Notes: a model not told the origin generated them from the sequence alone. Counted from the first letter of the whole stretch, positions 31,144 to 42,613 are shown. The stretch is DNA of 63,997 bases, filler included, from 7 parts of 7 records of this genome joined end to end with filler, not necessarily neighbours in it, one strand, 5' to 3'. Numbers and translations: made by a program.

Positions 31144-32313
31144 ATGGATGAATTTTGGAGAAAAGAAAAAATATTGCTTCTGGGTGCAACCGGTTCTGTA
31201 GGTCAGAGCACACTTGCAGTGTTGGAGCAATATGCAGATATTTTCGAACTGGTTGGTGTTGTTGCTGGCAGTAGTGCTGAATCTCTTGCAACTATTGTCA
31301 ATAAGTTTTCTGTTAGCTATGCTGCTGTCAGTGATAAAGCTGTATTTAAAACGTTGAAAGAAAATGTAGAAGTAAACTGTAGTTTATTTGCTGGCTCAGA
31401 AGGTATTATCGAGTTGATACGTCAATGCGGAGCAAATGTTTGCGTGAGTGCTATTGTTGGCTCTGCCGGACTCCTCCCGACACTTACAGCTGTTGAAGAA
31501 GGTATGGATATTGCCCTAGCTAATAAAGAATCGCTGGTCGCTGCCGGAGATTTGCTGATGAAGAAGGCAGAAGAATATAATGTGGAGATTCTGCCGGTTG
31601 ATTCAGAGCATAGCGGATTGTTGCAGTGTATGCTGGGTGGGAGAGAGAAGGAGGTCTCTAAAATTATTATTACCGCTTCTGGTGGTGCATTTAGAGATTA
31701 TTCTGGTGAAGAACTGCAAGGAGTTACTCCGGAGCAGGCATTATGTCACCCTACCTGGAATATGGGCAAGAAGATAACTATTGACTGTGCTACTCTGGCA
31801 AATAAAGGCTTAGAAATTATTGAAGCTCACTGGCTCTTTAACCTTTCCTATGATGCTATAGAAGTTATTATTCATCGTGAATCTATTATCCATGCTATGG
31901 TTGAATACTGTGATGGGAGTATTATGGCGCAGCTTGCGACTGCGGATATGTCGTTGCCTGTATTATATGCTCTTACGTATCCAAATCGTTTCAATTATCA
32001 GCTTAAAAGTATAGATTTTGCTGAAATAGGTTCATTTACTTTTGCTCGACCCAATACAGAGTTATTTCCAATGCTTGAGCTTGCCTATGCTGCGGGTAGA
32101 ACTGGTGGGCTGACACCAACAGTTTATTCTGCTGCCAATGAAGAAGCGGTAAGGCTTTTTCTTGATGGTAAACTGGAATTTACTGATATTTATAAGTGTG
32201 TCTATCATGCTCTGGAACGCATAAAAACCAATCTTCCTGTTACTCTTGACAGCATACTGACAACAGAAAATATTGCTCATTCTTATGTCAGAGATTTTAT
32301 AAAAAAGTGTTGA
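31144..32313 (+). CDS. dxr: 1-deoxy-D-xylulose-5-phosphate reductoisomerase
   Basis: LGATGSVG, LANKES, PVDSEH, TASGG, HPTWNMGKKITID, NKGLE, AANE. Confidence 0.96.
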   Translation: MDEFWRKEKILLLGATGSVGQSTLAVLEQYADIFELVGVVAGSSAESLATIVNKFSVSYAAVSDKAVFKTLKENVEVNCSLFAGSEGIIELIRQCGANVCVSAIVGSAGLLPTLTAVEEGMDIALANKESLVAAGDLLMKKAEEYNVEILPVDSEHSGLLQCMLGGREKEVSKIIITASGGAFRDYSGEELQGVTPEQALCHPTWNMGKKITIDCATLANKGLEIIEAHWLFNLSYDAIEVIIHRESIIHAMVEYCDGSIMAQLATADMSLPVLYALTYPNRFNYQLKSIDFAEIGSFTFARPNTELFPMLELAYAAGRTGGLTPTVYSAANEEAVRLFLDGKLEFTDIYKCVYHALERIKTNLPVTLDSILTTENIAHSYVRDFIKKC

Positions 32314-32515
32314 ATCGGATTGGTTAATTAAGTTAATCTGCTATAGTATAACGGTTTTATTTAATCTTGTTATTACATTATTAAAAGGTTGTAGTTAATG
32401 AGTATTTTCTTTTAATATCATGTTTTTTTAATATGCGAAAAGTTATTTTCTGTTAAAATATAATTGTGTGGCTTTTATACTATTTTACGAGAATGTTTTT
32501 AAAGGAGGCTCAGTT

Positions 32516-33094
32516 ATGGATTTACAAGGTAGCAAGACGGCTGTTAATTTAATGTCTGCTTTTGCTGGAGAATCTCAGGCACGCAACAGGTATACTTATT
32601 TTTCTGCAAAAGCCAGAAAAGAAGGATATCGTCAGATTTCAGAAATTTTTGAAGAGACTGCAAATCAGGAGCGTGAACATGCAAAACGCCTCTTTAAATT
32701 TATGACTGGAGGAGAGTCTGGTATTGCGGTTGATGCTGCTTTTCCTTTTGGTATTATCGGTGATACTGTCGATAATCTTAAAAACTCAGCAGCAGGGGAG
32801 CACTATGAATGGGAGGAAATGTATCCAAGCTTCGCTGTTGTTGCTGAAGAAGAAGGTTTTAAAGCTATTGCAGATATGTTCAGTGCTATTGCTGTTGCTG
32901 AGAAGCAGCATGAGAAACGATATCTGGATCTGGCTGGTAATATTGAAAAAGGTATAGTCTTCCTGAGAGATCAGCCTGTGGTCTGGCGTTGTCTAAATTG
33001 TGGTTATGTGCATGAAGGTACTGCACCTGTTGAGGTCTGTCCGGCTTGTGCGCACCCTCAGGCTCATTTTGAAATTTTAGGTGAAAACTATTAA
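32516..33094 (+). CDS. rbr: Rubrerythrin
   Basis: [30 protein letters not shown]...CPAC. Confidence 0.96.
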   Translation: MDLQGSKTAVNLMSAFAGESQARNRYTYFSAKARKEGYRQISEIFEETANQEREHAKRLFKFMTGGESGIAVDAAFPFGIIGDTVDNLKNSAAGEHYEWEEMYPSFAVVAEEEGFKAIADMFSAIAVAEKQHEKRYLDLAGNIEKGIVFLRDQPVVWRCLNCGYVHEGTAPVEVCPACAHPQAHFEILGENY

Positions 33095-33105
33095 GGAGGA
33101 AAGCT

Positions 33106-33489
33106 ATGGCAGAATTTTTAGGAGTTTATAAATGCGCTCTTTGCGGAAATATTGTAGAAGTATTTCATGAAGCTGGCGGAATCCTCGCCTGCTGTGGGCA
33201 GAATATGGATTTGTTGGAAGAAAAAAGTGCTGATAGCTCTACTGAAAAGCATGTGCCTGTAATTGAAAAAACGGAAAATGGTGTTAAAGTTACGGTTGGC
33301 AGTACACTCCATCCTATGACAGAAGAGCACTATATTGAATGGATTGAACTCCAGCAGGATGATATGATTCAGGTTAAATATCTCAAGCCGGGTGCTGAAC
33401 CTGTGGCTTATTTTGTGGTCTGTCCGAAGTATGAGGGGAGTCTTTCTGCTCGTGAATATTGTAGTGTACACGGTTTATGGAAGAGTTAG
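33106..33489 (+). CDS. dfx: Desulfoferrodoxin (2Fe superoxide reductase)
   Basis: CALCGN...[29 protein letters not shown]. Confidence 0.96.
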   Translation: MAEFLGVYKCALCGNIVEVFHEAGGILACCGQNMDLLEEKSADSSTEKHVPVIEKTENGVKVTVGSTLHPMTEEHYIEWIELQQDDMIQVKYLKPGAEPVAYFVVCPKYEGSLSAREYCSVHGLWKS

Positions 33490-33516
33490 GCAGTATGCTC
33501 GGTAAGTTTATATTTA

Positions 33517-33549
33517 AAAATGTCACTACTTTATGAGTAGTGACATTTT
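33517..33549. terminator. Bidirectional terminator
   Basis: AAAATGTCACTACT-TTATG-AGTAGTGACATTTT between convergent genes. Confidence 0.8.
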
Positions 33550-33579
33550 ATTTAAGCTGTATAGTTGAATAATCAATCT

Positions 33580-34866
33580 TTAGCTGCAATCATATTTTAA
33601 ATGATACTGTGTCTGATTTCTGCCATTTTCTTTGGCTATATATAGTGCTTTGTCAGCACGTTTTATAATATCATTGAGAGTCTCTTGCCTGTCCTCCAGC
33701 ATACTTATTCCAATACTTATACTGATTTCCGGAATTGTCTTTTCCGCCATAGGTGTCGAAGCGGCTAATTTGCTCTGTATCTTTTCAGCAATTATAATGG
33801 CTGTTTCCAAGTCTGCCTCTAAAAGAAAAATACCGAATTCATCTCCACCAAGACGGGAAAAAATATCAGTATGACGAATTTTGGTTTTACATATTTGGGT
33901 AAAATATTGCAAGGCTTTATCACCTGTGTCATGACCATAGCTATCATTGATTTTTTTAAAATAATCTATATCAATCATTAAAAAAGCACACGATCTTTTG
34001 TAGCGCTTATGAATTTCCAGCTGAATATTTGCCTGTTCCTTAAAGTAACGTCTATTGCCAATCTTGGTCAATTCATCAGTATAAGTAAGCTCTATCAGTC
34101 TTTCTTCAGCTTTTTTTCGCTTCTCTATATTCTCAAATACCCAGACAACTCCTTTGTCTAGTGAGGGTGGATCTTCTTTGTCTATAATACATCCACTAAC
34201 CTCTACCCATATCGGTTTACCGTCAGCATCTTTGAACTGGTACTCAAGTTTGATTTGTTTTCTTTCAAGTAGCGACGTTTTATAGTATTTACCGAATTTA
34301 TTATAACTCTCTTCTGATAGGTGGAGCATCTTGATGTTTTTACCTATCAGAGTGTCAGGGTCGGAATAATTAAAAATTTCGGCAAATTTATTGTTTATTT
34401 TCTGGATTATGCGTGTGCCTGAGAGGAGAAGAATGCCTACCTGGCTATTCTCAAAAATTGTCTCAAACTCTTCATTGATATTAAGAAGTTTTTCTTGAAT
34501 ATGTTTTTCGTTAGTAATATTACGGTAGCTGATTATTTTGAGTACTTGATCTTTATTGTTGAAAAAAAATGTATGAATAATTCCCCAGAATTTACCACCG
34601 TTTTTCTGTAGTAGTAGGGTTTCATAATGTTCACAAAGTTTTTCTTCTATTTTTTTGCTGACAAATTCCCGGGAACTGGGGGCAATAAGGTCTAACTCAT
34701 GTAGGTTGTTGATTTCATTATGGTTGTAGTGAAATATATTATTGAAAAAGCAATTAGTATGGAGGCAATTATGATTTTCATCGAAAATTGCAATAGCTTC
34801 TGTGATATTTGTTTTATGTGATTTAGAAAAACGTTTTTCTAAATCTGATAATTCATTATTATTCAT
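33580..34866 (-). CDS. PAS-PAS diguanylate cyclase
   Basis: TDELTKIGNRR, DIDYFKKINDSYGHDTGD, RLGGDEF, AKENGRN. Confidence 0.92.
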   Translation of the reverse strand: MNNNELSDLEKRFSKSHKTNITEAIAIFDENHNCLHTNCFFNNIFHYNHNEINNLHELDLIAPSSREFVSKKIEEKLCEHYETLLLQKNGGKFWGIIHTFFFNNKDQVLKIISYRNITNEKHIQEKLLNINEEFETIFENSQVGILLLSGTRIIQKINNKFAEIFNYSDPDTLIGKNIKMLHLSEESYNKFGKYYKTSLLERKQIKLEYQFKDADGKPIWVEVSGCIIDKEDPPSLDKGVVWVFENIEKRKKAEERLIELTYTDELTKIGNRRYFKEQANIQLEIHKRYKRSCAFLMIDIDYFKKINDSYGHDTGDKALQYFTQICKTKIRHTDIFSRLGGDEFGIFLLEADLETAIIIAEKIQSKLAASTPMAEKTIPEISISIGISMLEDRQETLNDIIKRADKALYIAKENGRNQTQYHLKYDCS

Positions 34867-35000
34867 GGAAATATCTTTATTAGTGAATATTCGTGTTTGT
34901 TTAAATTGTCTGTATTATTCTTTATAGTAAAGCTTTTTTATATTTTTTACAATCTTATTATAATAAGATTCTATTGTTTCTGATAGAAAAAAGCAGATTT

Positions 35001-36407
35001 TCAGAATTGTATCTGATCTCTGCCGTTATTTTTGGCTTTATAGAGTAGGTGGTCTGCCTGTTTGAGCATTGTATTTAAATTGTCTGCCGGTTTTGCTGTA
35101 TAGATACCAATACTTGTATTGACTGTGGGGAGATCATTTTCAACAGCAGAATTTTTGACGGCAAGTCTAATTTTTTCAGCAACCTGAACTGCATCTTCAT
35201 TATTGCTCTCAGGCAGCATAATACAGAACTCTTCGCCACCGATACGAGCGAAAATATCTGTTTCGCGCAGATTATTTTTGCATATCTTTACAAAGTACTG
35301 TAGTACCTGATCCCCGATGCTGTGTCCGTAAGAATCATTGATATTTTTGAAATGATCAAGATCGAGCATCAATATTGAGATCGGTTGATTATAGCGTTTG
35401 TGGATCTTGAGTTCAAAGTCAGCAAGTTCTGTAAAGTAGCGTCTGTTGGTGATGCCGGTAAGTTCATCTGTACGGGACAGTTCTATAAGCTTTTTCTCCA
35501 TTTGTTTACGTTCTGTAATATCTCTGAAAGCCCAGATAACACCTTTTGAGAGGTCTGGTGGTATATTGGTGTCGATAGCTTTACCTGAGTTGGCTATCCA
35601 GATAGGAGTGCCGTCTTTTTTCATTACCTCAACATCAACTTCGAGTGAAATACGGTTGACCAGTGACTGGTAATAGGTTTTGCCGAATTCTTCACAGCGT
35701 TCTTCGGTAAGATGCATAATGCGTATAGATTGACCGATAATCTCTTTCTCGTGGTCATAGCCCATTATTTTAAGACCGGTCTGATTGACTTTAGTGATAG
35801 TTCTGTTTTTTCCTACTATAAGAATACCGACTATGGAGTTTTCATAAATTGTCTTGAGTTCACCGTAGGCTTGAAGTAGTTCTTCTTGACGTTTCTTCTC
35901 TTCTGTTATATCTTCGATTACCCAGACAATTTCTTTGGCTGACCCATTGATGTCTGTATATTTAATACTTGTACCATTGGCGCAAGCCCAGAATTTTTCT
36001 CCGTTTTTTCTGATAAATTCCCATTCGATTTCAATCTCTTGTTTTAAGCGCATTTTAGGAATAATTTCATTGGTGAATTTATCCCAGCTATTCTGATCTA
36101 TATGGAAATCACGGACATCAACACCGACTATATTATCATCAATATTGTAACCTAATACTTTAGCCATCCGGGCATTATGTTTCTTTATTTTCCTGTCTTT
36201 ATCAAGTACCATAATTGCAGAGTGGGTGTTATGGAATATAGCTTCACATTCTAAATGCTGAATATTTGTAATTTTTGCTGAGTTTATCTGTGACTGAAGT
36301 CTTTTATTTTCAGATCTGAGTGATTTGAGTTTTTGTTTAAGCTTATCAATTTCTTTATTCACTTGTTCATTCCTGTTTGCACCCGAGTAATAAAGCTGGA
36401 ATTTCAT
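35001..36407 (-). CDS. Coiled-coil PAS-PAS diguanylate cyclase
   Basis: RDITERK, DLDHFKNINDSYGH, RETD (RxxD I-site) followed by RIGGEEF. Confidence 0.92.
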   Translation of the reverse strand: MKFQLYYSGANRNEQVNKEIDKLKQKLKSLRSENKRLQSQINSAKITNIQHLECEAIFHNTHSAIMVLDKDRKIKKHNARMAKVLGYNIDDNIVGVDVRDFHIDQNSWDKFTNEIIPKMRLKQEIEIEWEFIRKNGEKFWACANGTSIKYTDINGSAKEIVWVIEDITEEKKRQEELLQAYGELKTIYENSIVGILIVGKNRTITKVNQTGLKIMGYDHEKEIIGQSIRIMHLTEERCEEFGKTYYQSLVNRISLEVDVEVMKKDGTPIWIANSGKAIDTNIPPDLSKGVIWAFRDITERKQMEKKLIELSRTDELTGITNRRYFTELADFELKIHKRYNQPISILMLDLDHFKNINDSYGHSIGDQVLQYFVKICKNNLRETDIFARIGGEEFCIMLPESNNEDAVQVAEKIRLAVKNSAVENDLPTVNTSIGIYTAKPADNLNTMLKQADHLLYKAKNNGRDQIQF

Positions 36408-36478
36408 ATTTTAAAAGTAAAGCTAATATTCTATTGGTAATAACAAGTCAATAATGAACCTTTATTTTTAATAGAAAC

Positions 36479-36982
36479 TTATTTTAACTGCAGTCTAACA
36501 AGGGTCTCCCAGTGTTTCGTCTGCGGGAACATATCATAAACTGTACACTCGGTTATTTTGTATTTTTCTTTGAGAACCTGCAGGTCGCTGAGTAGAGTCA
36601 GTGGGTTGCAGGACATATAACTAATAACCTCCGGAGCAATACGGCATATCTCTTTGCAGGCTTTTTCTTCCAGACCTACTCGTGGCGGGTTGAGTACGAT
36701 ATGCTGAGGGTTTTCTGTAAAGCCAGCAAGATATTTAAATGCGTCTTCCTCTACAAGTTCGACATTATCAATTCTGTTGTTTTTTAGATTTTCCCGTGCT
36801 ATGATGATATTGTCGCTGACATTCTCAACCGCTATAACCCGGTCAGTATCTTCTGCTATCAGTTGTGCAATAATTGCAGTGCCGGAGTACATATCAATGA
36901 CAAAATCTGCTGCTGTCTCTTTTACATGCTCTTTGATTCTGGAATAGGCTTTTTCTGCTACTGCCGGATTTGCCTGAAAAAA
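36479..36982 (-). CDS. RlmD/TrmA-family RNA m5U methyltransferase, C-terminal part
   Basis: FFQAN, DMYSGT, NPPRVG, YMSCNP, DMFPQTKHWE. Confidence 0.88.
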   Translation of the reverse strand, partial: FFQANPAVAEKAYSRIKEHVKETAADFVIDMYSGTAIIAQLIAEDTDRVIAVENVSDNIIIARENLKNNRIDNVELVEEDAFKYLAGFTENPQHIVLNPPRVGLEEKACKEICRIAPEVISYMSCNPLTLLSDLQVLKEKYKITECTVYDMFPQTKHWETLVRLQLK

Positions 36983-37082
36983 NNNNNNNNNNNNNNNNNN
37001 NNNNNNNNNNNNNNNNNNNNNNNNNNTTAATTAATTAANNNNNNNNNNNNNNNNNNNNNNNNNNNNNNNNNNNNNNNNNNNN
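36983..37082. other. Artificial contig spacer
   Basis: N run + TTAATTAATTAA + N run. Confidence 0.99.
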
Positions 37083-37308
37083 GGGGTGTAAAATGAATCA
37101 GGGCATTTGCCCGAACAGGAATTGAATTCTTGATCCAAGCCATTCGAGCGAAAAAAAGTTTATTAAAGTTCAGTTTTTATCCATAAAAAAGAGCTCCACT
37201 GGTACTATCATTCGGCCCGCCCGGGGATGAAATCCCTAGCGATCAGATTATCCAAACCTCTGAAAATAATTCCCCAGGACGTAAATAAAGCATCGTTAAT
37301 CCATCTTT

Positions 37309-37887
37309 TTAAACAAACGCCCTGATATCCGTCACAATCATACCAGCTGCTCTGGCGCCTTCCAGGCCTGCTTCACCATCTTCAAATACCTGGCAATATT
37401 GAGGGCCCACATCCATTGTTGCAGCCGCTTTTAAAAACAGATCCGGAGCTGGTTTGGGTTTTACATCATCATCAGCCGAAAAAATCAGGTCAAAATAGTC
37501 CATCACATGAATGGTTTTCAGCATTCTCAGGACGTTCTCCCGCGTGCTACCGGACACAACAGCCATGGGTTTTTTACCAAAATATGTTTTTACAATTTGA
37601 ACCACAGGTTCGATTGGCTGGATCAGGTGGAGGTTTTTTAAAAACAAGTCATGTTTGATCTTTATCACCATTTTGGGATCCAGTGTCATATCATAACTGG
37701 AATTGGCCAGTTTAGCAATATCTTCTTCAGGCATACCATTCAGGTTATTAAAAAACTCTGGTGGACAATCCCATCCACATTCTTCAAAAGCCTTAAACCA
37801 CGCCTCCATGTGATAGGGCATGGAATCAGCCAGGGTTCCATCACAATCAAAAATAAGCGCTTTTACACTCGGCGGTACAATTAGCAT
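37309..37887 (-). CDS. HAD-family phosphatase (YqaB/beta-phosphoglucomutase-like)
   Basis: FDCDGTLADS, KPAPD, FEDGEAG. Confidence 0.9.
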   Translation of the reverse strand: MLIVPPSVKALIFDCDGTLADSMPYHMEAWFKAFEECGWDCPPEFFNNLNGMPEEDIAKLANSSYDMTLDPKMVIKIKHDLFLKNLHLIQPIEPVVQIVKTYFGKKPMAVVSGSTRENVLRMLKTIHVMDYFDLIFSADDDVKPKPAPDLFLKAAATMDVGPQYCQVFEDGEAGLEGARAAGMIVTDIRAFV

Positions 37888-38399
37888 CTTTTCCTCGAAT
37901 TACTCTATATTGATTCATTAACAATTAGGAAAGAAACGATTTTTTATCTATTAATTCAAGAATTATCTTTTATTACGTGGATGCTGTGCTGCCTGTCGTT
38001 TTGACCTTACTCATCAGCAAAATTTTGCCATGAAGAATTATTTTTTCCTATTCCAGTGCTAATTTTCTATTCTACGATATTTTCCGGGATTAGAATTTAG
38101 CACACCATTGTACAAAATATGAAATGGGTCTAAAAGTTATTATATTCTATTTTCCTGCAAAATAAGCTAACAAGGTTTTGTATTTTTTGAATATCAATGC
38201 TACTAAGGTTTAAAAGCCAAAAATAAGGTTTTCAAACCAAAAGATAGCAGGATATTACAATTGAAACACCACCACATATCCCATTCACCAATTAATAAAA
38301 CGATTGAAAGGATAGGCAACACACGCAAAATTTAATCTGGTATAACAGTCAGTCATTTGTGATGAAAACATGCACTTTTAGCTTTTCCAAAGGCAGTTA

Positions 38400-39962
38400 T
38401 TACCGGACCCTGACAATTCGGTGGCTCGTCCATATCTGGCCAAACATATCCGTGGTACGTACAGTAACGGTGTGGGATCCACGGGATGGACTTGACGGTA
38501 AGGTACCTTTCCACATATGACGCGATTTTGATGGATAATCCATTTTCCAGCCAAAAACATCTTCAAGATTTTTGCCGAAAACATTTTGATCAAGGAGCGG
38601 ACTCAATTCGTGCATACGAAGGCATTCAGGATCGATTGTTACAGTCGGCTTGAGAGAAATCCATTTATTTCCTTCTCCAAATTTCATTTCGACTTTGGAA
38701 TATTCGGAACCGGCAAAAACATTGACCAAAATTTCGGTGTGTACCGCGTCTTTTTGATTTATGTCATCTGGCAAATAGATATTCATCTGATAGTCTTGCG
38801 GACGACGCGCTGCTTTAAAGCGGATGCTGTATTCATTACCATTAAAAGTTAGTATTGAATAGCCATTGGGAGCACCATCATTCATCGTGGCATGAGGTAT
38901 ACCAATTTCATCCATCAATCCGCACCACCAACTGCCACTCACAGTGGCATTGACAAAGTGATGATGCGGTTTTTCTCCCTGCCATCCCAGTTCCTCAGTC
39001 AGGAACAGATGAAATTGTTCATGAGTGTGGCCGGACACTGAAAAAGAAAAAGGTCGATTTTCTATCAGCCGATAAATGTCCTCTCTGTTTTCGCAGGCGA
39101 CAACAGGTACATGCATCAAAAGTGTAACAAGCTTTTCTTTTGGTACAAAATCCAGATAGTTACTGATGAACGCCAGTTGATCTTTGGTAAACTGATAACG
39201 ATGCCCCCCTTCTGGTTTGAAAAAGATGTTCTTTAGCACAATAAAAACCACCTGGCCGTATTCAAAAGCATACGTGCTGGGGCCAAAGAACCGTTCAAAT
39301 GTTTCATCACTGTATTTATCCTGGTTAGCATCGCGATTATTGTCATGGTTGCCAAAAACATTGTACCAGGGTATACCTATCTGCGCGATACTCTGATTTA
39401 CCTCAGCAAACAAATTAGGATCATCAGCAACAATATCACCCAGTGATACACCAAAGGCTGCATCTGTTCCCAGGCATTCTTCTACAACATCGCGCGTTAT
39501 AAAATCAACCTCCCGCAATCCACGAGCCTGCGTATCACCATACATAAGAACATTAAAACGAGACGTTTCATTTGTCAATTGTAAAGGAAAATCTATGGAT
39601 GTGGGAAGAGGGCCGCTGGGTTCAACGCCAGCAGTTTTGAGAGTTGGCGAACCGTCAGGCTTGTGCAGATAAAAAAATTGGGGAATCTTATCTTTATTCA
39701 ATGGTACTCTGTAATTACCGGGTTTTATCACAAACAAACCGGTATCATCTCCAACAGGCAAGCTCCAACGACCATCATCTCCGGTGCGTACGACTTCACG
39801 ACCATTCGACACACAGATATCCGGGATACCTGGTTCAGTATTATCCCGAACAGAATTGTAGTTTATATCGAGATAGACAGTGCCGTTTGCCACATTTTGT
39901 GACCAGGCGGCAGAAACAGTGATAAAATACAATATCAGGGCGGATAATATTCGAATTAACAT
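38400..39962 (-). CDS. Secreted calcineurin-like metallophosphoesterase
   Basis: Signal peptide from the ATG at 39962; GDTQ, LGDIV, GNHD, GHTH, SGSWW, DGAPNGY. Confidence 0.88.
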   Translation of the reverse strand: MLIRILSALILYFITVSAAWSQNVANGTVYLDINYNSVRDNTEPGIPDICVSNGREVVRTGDDGRWSLPVGDDTGLFVIKPGNYRVPLNKDKIPQFFYLHKPDGSPTLKTAGVEPSGPLPTSIDFPLQLTNETSRFNVLMYGDTQARGLREVDFITRDVVEECLGTDAAFGVSLGDIVADDPNLFAEVNQSIAQIGIPWYNVFGNHDNNRDANQDKYSDETFERFFGPSTYAFEYGQVVFIVLKNIFFKPEGGHRYQFTKDQLAFISNYLDFVPKEKLVTLLMHVPVVACENREDIYRLIENRPFSFSVSGHTHEQFHLFLTEELGWQGEKPHHHFVNATVSGSWWCGLMDEIGIPHATMNDGAPNGYSILTFNGNEYSIRFKAARRPQDYQMNIYLPDDINQKDAVHTEILVNVFAGSEYSKVEMKFGEGNKWISLKPTVTIDPECLRMHELSPLLDQNVFGKNLEDVFGWKMDYPSKSRHMWKGTLPSSPSRGSHTVTVRTTDMFGQIWTSHRIVRVR

Positions 39963-40393
39963 ATAATACTCCAGTTTGAACGTCCGTAAAAGTGCAACAA
40001 TGTCTGACAAAATTTTAAGTAAATTATGACTGGAACCATATTTTATAATAAAATTCAATATTTGCAATGTATTAATTCTAAAAAAGTGCCTATATTGATA
40101 GGTTCCTGCGATTCATCGAAAAAAAATTAATGTTATTTTTAAATGGAATATATTGTGATTTCATCTCATTTATATATACTGAAATCATACACATAAACCC
40201 GCCCAAAAAAATAGAAAAAAGATCGTTATTATTTCATGGTGTCATTAGAATTTAGAATTTGGCCGGGTTATAGCTGTTTTTTATCTGTTTTTTTCGGATA
40301 GCCTTAATTGAATTTTCCAGGAAGAAATCAGCCTGGGGAAACATCTGATTCTAATCATTTCACAGAAAAAATTTTATCGCAGGGAGAATCCAT

Positions 40394-42613
40394 ATGGCTT
40401 CAAAAGGTCACGGCTTTGGAACGGCTCCTGTTTTTCTGGCCGCTATTAGCACAATACTTGGTGCTGTTCTTTTCTTACGATTCGGTTATGCCGTCGCACA
40501 TGTTGGGCTATTACAATCAATATTAATCATCCTGATTGGTCATGCGATCACCATTCCGACGGCCATGGCATTGGCGGAAATTGCCACCAACCTAAAAGTT
40601 GAAGGGGGCGGAGAATATTACATCATCAGCCGGTCTTTTGGCGGCCTGATCGGTGGCGCCATTGGAATTTCATTATATATGTCACAGGCTATTTCAGCGG
40701 CATTCTATATGATTGCCTTTTCGCAAGCGTTCACACCACTCTTTGACTGGTTCCAGCAAACAACCGGCATCATTCCGGATGCCAGAATGATCAGTATCCC
40801 GGCGGCAGTTGTATTACTGGTTGTTATCATTAAAAAAGGTGCTGATCTTGGCGTGACGGCCCTCTGGGTCATAGCCAGTATCCTTGGCGTCTCTTTACTT
40901 ATGTTTTTTCTAGGTAAGCCTATTTCCGAGCAACCGAGTTTGGAACTATTTAGCCATTTACAGGATGGAGATAATTTTTTCAAAGTTTTTGCCATTATTT
41001 TCCCGGCGTTTACCGGCATGACAGCTGGTGTGGGATTGTCAGGAGATTTAAAAAGACCACGGAAATCAATCCCTCTGGGCACACTATCAGCTACCTTTAT
41101 AGGTATGGTCGTATATATACTGATTGCTTTAAAATTAACTTATAGCGGTTCTCCTGAAGAATTGGCACAAGATCAATTAATTATGAGCCAGATTGCCATA
41201 TGGGGTCCAATCATCCCGATTGGCCTGGCTGCCGCAACGATCTCATCCGCCATTGGTTCTGTTCTCATAGCTCCGCGAACATTACAGGCATTGGCTGGTG
41301 ATGCTGTTTTCCCATCCAGGGGTTTAAACACTTTTTTAAAAAAAGGGACTCGCGAAACAAATGAACCTGTGAACGCCACCCTGGCAACAGCTATTATTAT
41401 TTTTATTTTTGTCTCTATGGGTAGCATTGATTTCGTAGCCCAGATTATCAGTATGTTTTTTCTGATTACTTATGGTACACTTTGCCTCATTAGTTTTATG
41501 GAGCAAGTAGCCGGTAATCCATCCTATCGCCCCACCTTTAAATCCAAATGGTACATTTCACTCATTGGCGCCATTGCCTGTTTTGTCATGATGTTTCGAA
41601 TGCAGCCGGTCTATGCCACATTGGCGATGACCGTTATGTTTCTCATTTATATTGGTCTAAAAAAAGGTAGAGAAGAAGAGCAGGATATATCCTATGTATT
41701 CAAAGGCGTTCTGTTCCAGTTAACAAGGAAATTACAAATTCTCATTCAAAAAAGACAAGCCTCTGTTGTTAAAACACATTGGCGGCCAGCCTTTATCGCC
41801 TTATCCTCACATTCCCTGACAGACATTGCACCTTACGATCTGCTAAGATGGTTTTCCCACCATTATGGTTTTGGTTCCTATTTTCACTTTATTAAAGGAG
41901 ATCTTAATGAAGAAAATGCCCTTGAAGCCAAAAAAGTCCTTGATTTACTTATAAAACAAGGTGTCGTCAGCGAGGCAGGTGTTTATTCTGACACGATTAT
42001 CTCGCCAAGCTTTAAAACAGCTGTTGCTCAAATCATGCAATCGCCAAGTGTGTTTGGGATTGAGAACAATAGTATTTTGTTCGAATTTTTAAAAGAGGAT
42101 GAAAACAGCATTTCTGATATTATAGAAGGTGCGAAATTCTCTTCTACTCTGGGATTCAGCATTTGTGTTTTGCGTTCATCATCCCGCCATTTTGGTTACA
42201 AAAAAAGCATTCATATCTGGTTGACTCCGGGTGATTTTGCAAATGCCAATTTAATGATATTGCTCGCCTATATCCTTCTTGGTCATCCCGAGTGGAGAGG
42301 CGGGCACATTGAGATATTTGCTGCTTTTAACAAAGCAGATATGAGCAAAGAGGTGAGCAGGCTGAACAAGCTCATTGAAAAAGGCCGTATACCCGTTTCA
42401 CGCAAACATGTAAAACAGTTGCCTTATAAAAAAGATATCAAAGCGTTCGAAACACTTGTTGCGGAACATTCAGCTGACAATGCTGATTTGGTGATTACCG
42501 GTTTTTCGCTCAAAAAACTGGAAGAGCAAAAAGGCGACTATTTTAAACGATTTTCTGACATAAATGATGTTTTGTTTGTGAGAGCAGGCCAACGTATCGT
42601 GATTACAGAATAA
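40394..42613 (+). CDS. APC-superfamily transporter of cation-chloride cotransporter (SLC12) type
   Basis: GAVLFLRFG, IATN..VEGGGEYYIISRSFG, FPAFTG, GDLK.PRKSIP.GT, APRTLQALA, WRP, large C-terminal cytosolic domain. Confidence 0.88.
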   Translation: MASKGHGFGTAPVFLAAISTILGAVLFLRFGYAVAHVGLLQSILIILIGHAITIPTAMALAEIATNLKVEGGGEYYIISRSFGGLIGGAIGISLYMSQAISAAFYMIAFSQAFTPLFDWFQQTTGIIPDARMISIPAAVVLLVVIIKKGADLGVTALWVIASILGVSLLMFFLGKPISEQPSLELFSHLQDGDNFFKVFAIIFPAFTGMTAGVGLSGDLKRPRKSIPLGTLSATFIGMVVYILIALKLTYSGSPEELAQDQLIMSQIAIWGPIIPIGLAAATISSAIGSVLIAPRTLQALAGDAVFPSRGLNTFLKKGTRETNEPVNATLATAIIIFIFVSMGSIDFVAQIISMFFLITYGTLCLISFMEQVAGNPSYRPTFKSKWYISLIGAIACFVMMFRMQPVYATLAMTVMFLIYIGLKKGREEEQDISYVFKGVLFQLTRKLQILIQKRQASVVKTHWRPAFIALSSHSLTDIAPYDLLRWFSHHYGFGSYFHFIKGDLNEENALEAKKVLDLLIKQGVVSEAGVYSDTIISPSFKTAVAQIMQSPSVFGIENNSILFEFLKEDENSISDIIEGAKFSSTLGFSICVLRSSSRHFGYKKSIHIWLTPGDFANANLMILLAYILLGHPEWRGGHIEIFAAFNKADMSKEVSRLNKLIEKGRIPVSRKHVKQLPYKKDIKAFETLVAEHSADNADLVITGFSLKKLEEQKGDYFKRFSDINDVLFVRAGQRIVITE

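Noticed and set aside
37890-38400. Second attC or ncRNA in the AT-rich intergenic region (AGCTAAC near 38165)
   Set aside because: No matching L boxes or R' end and no convincing structure
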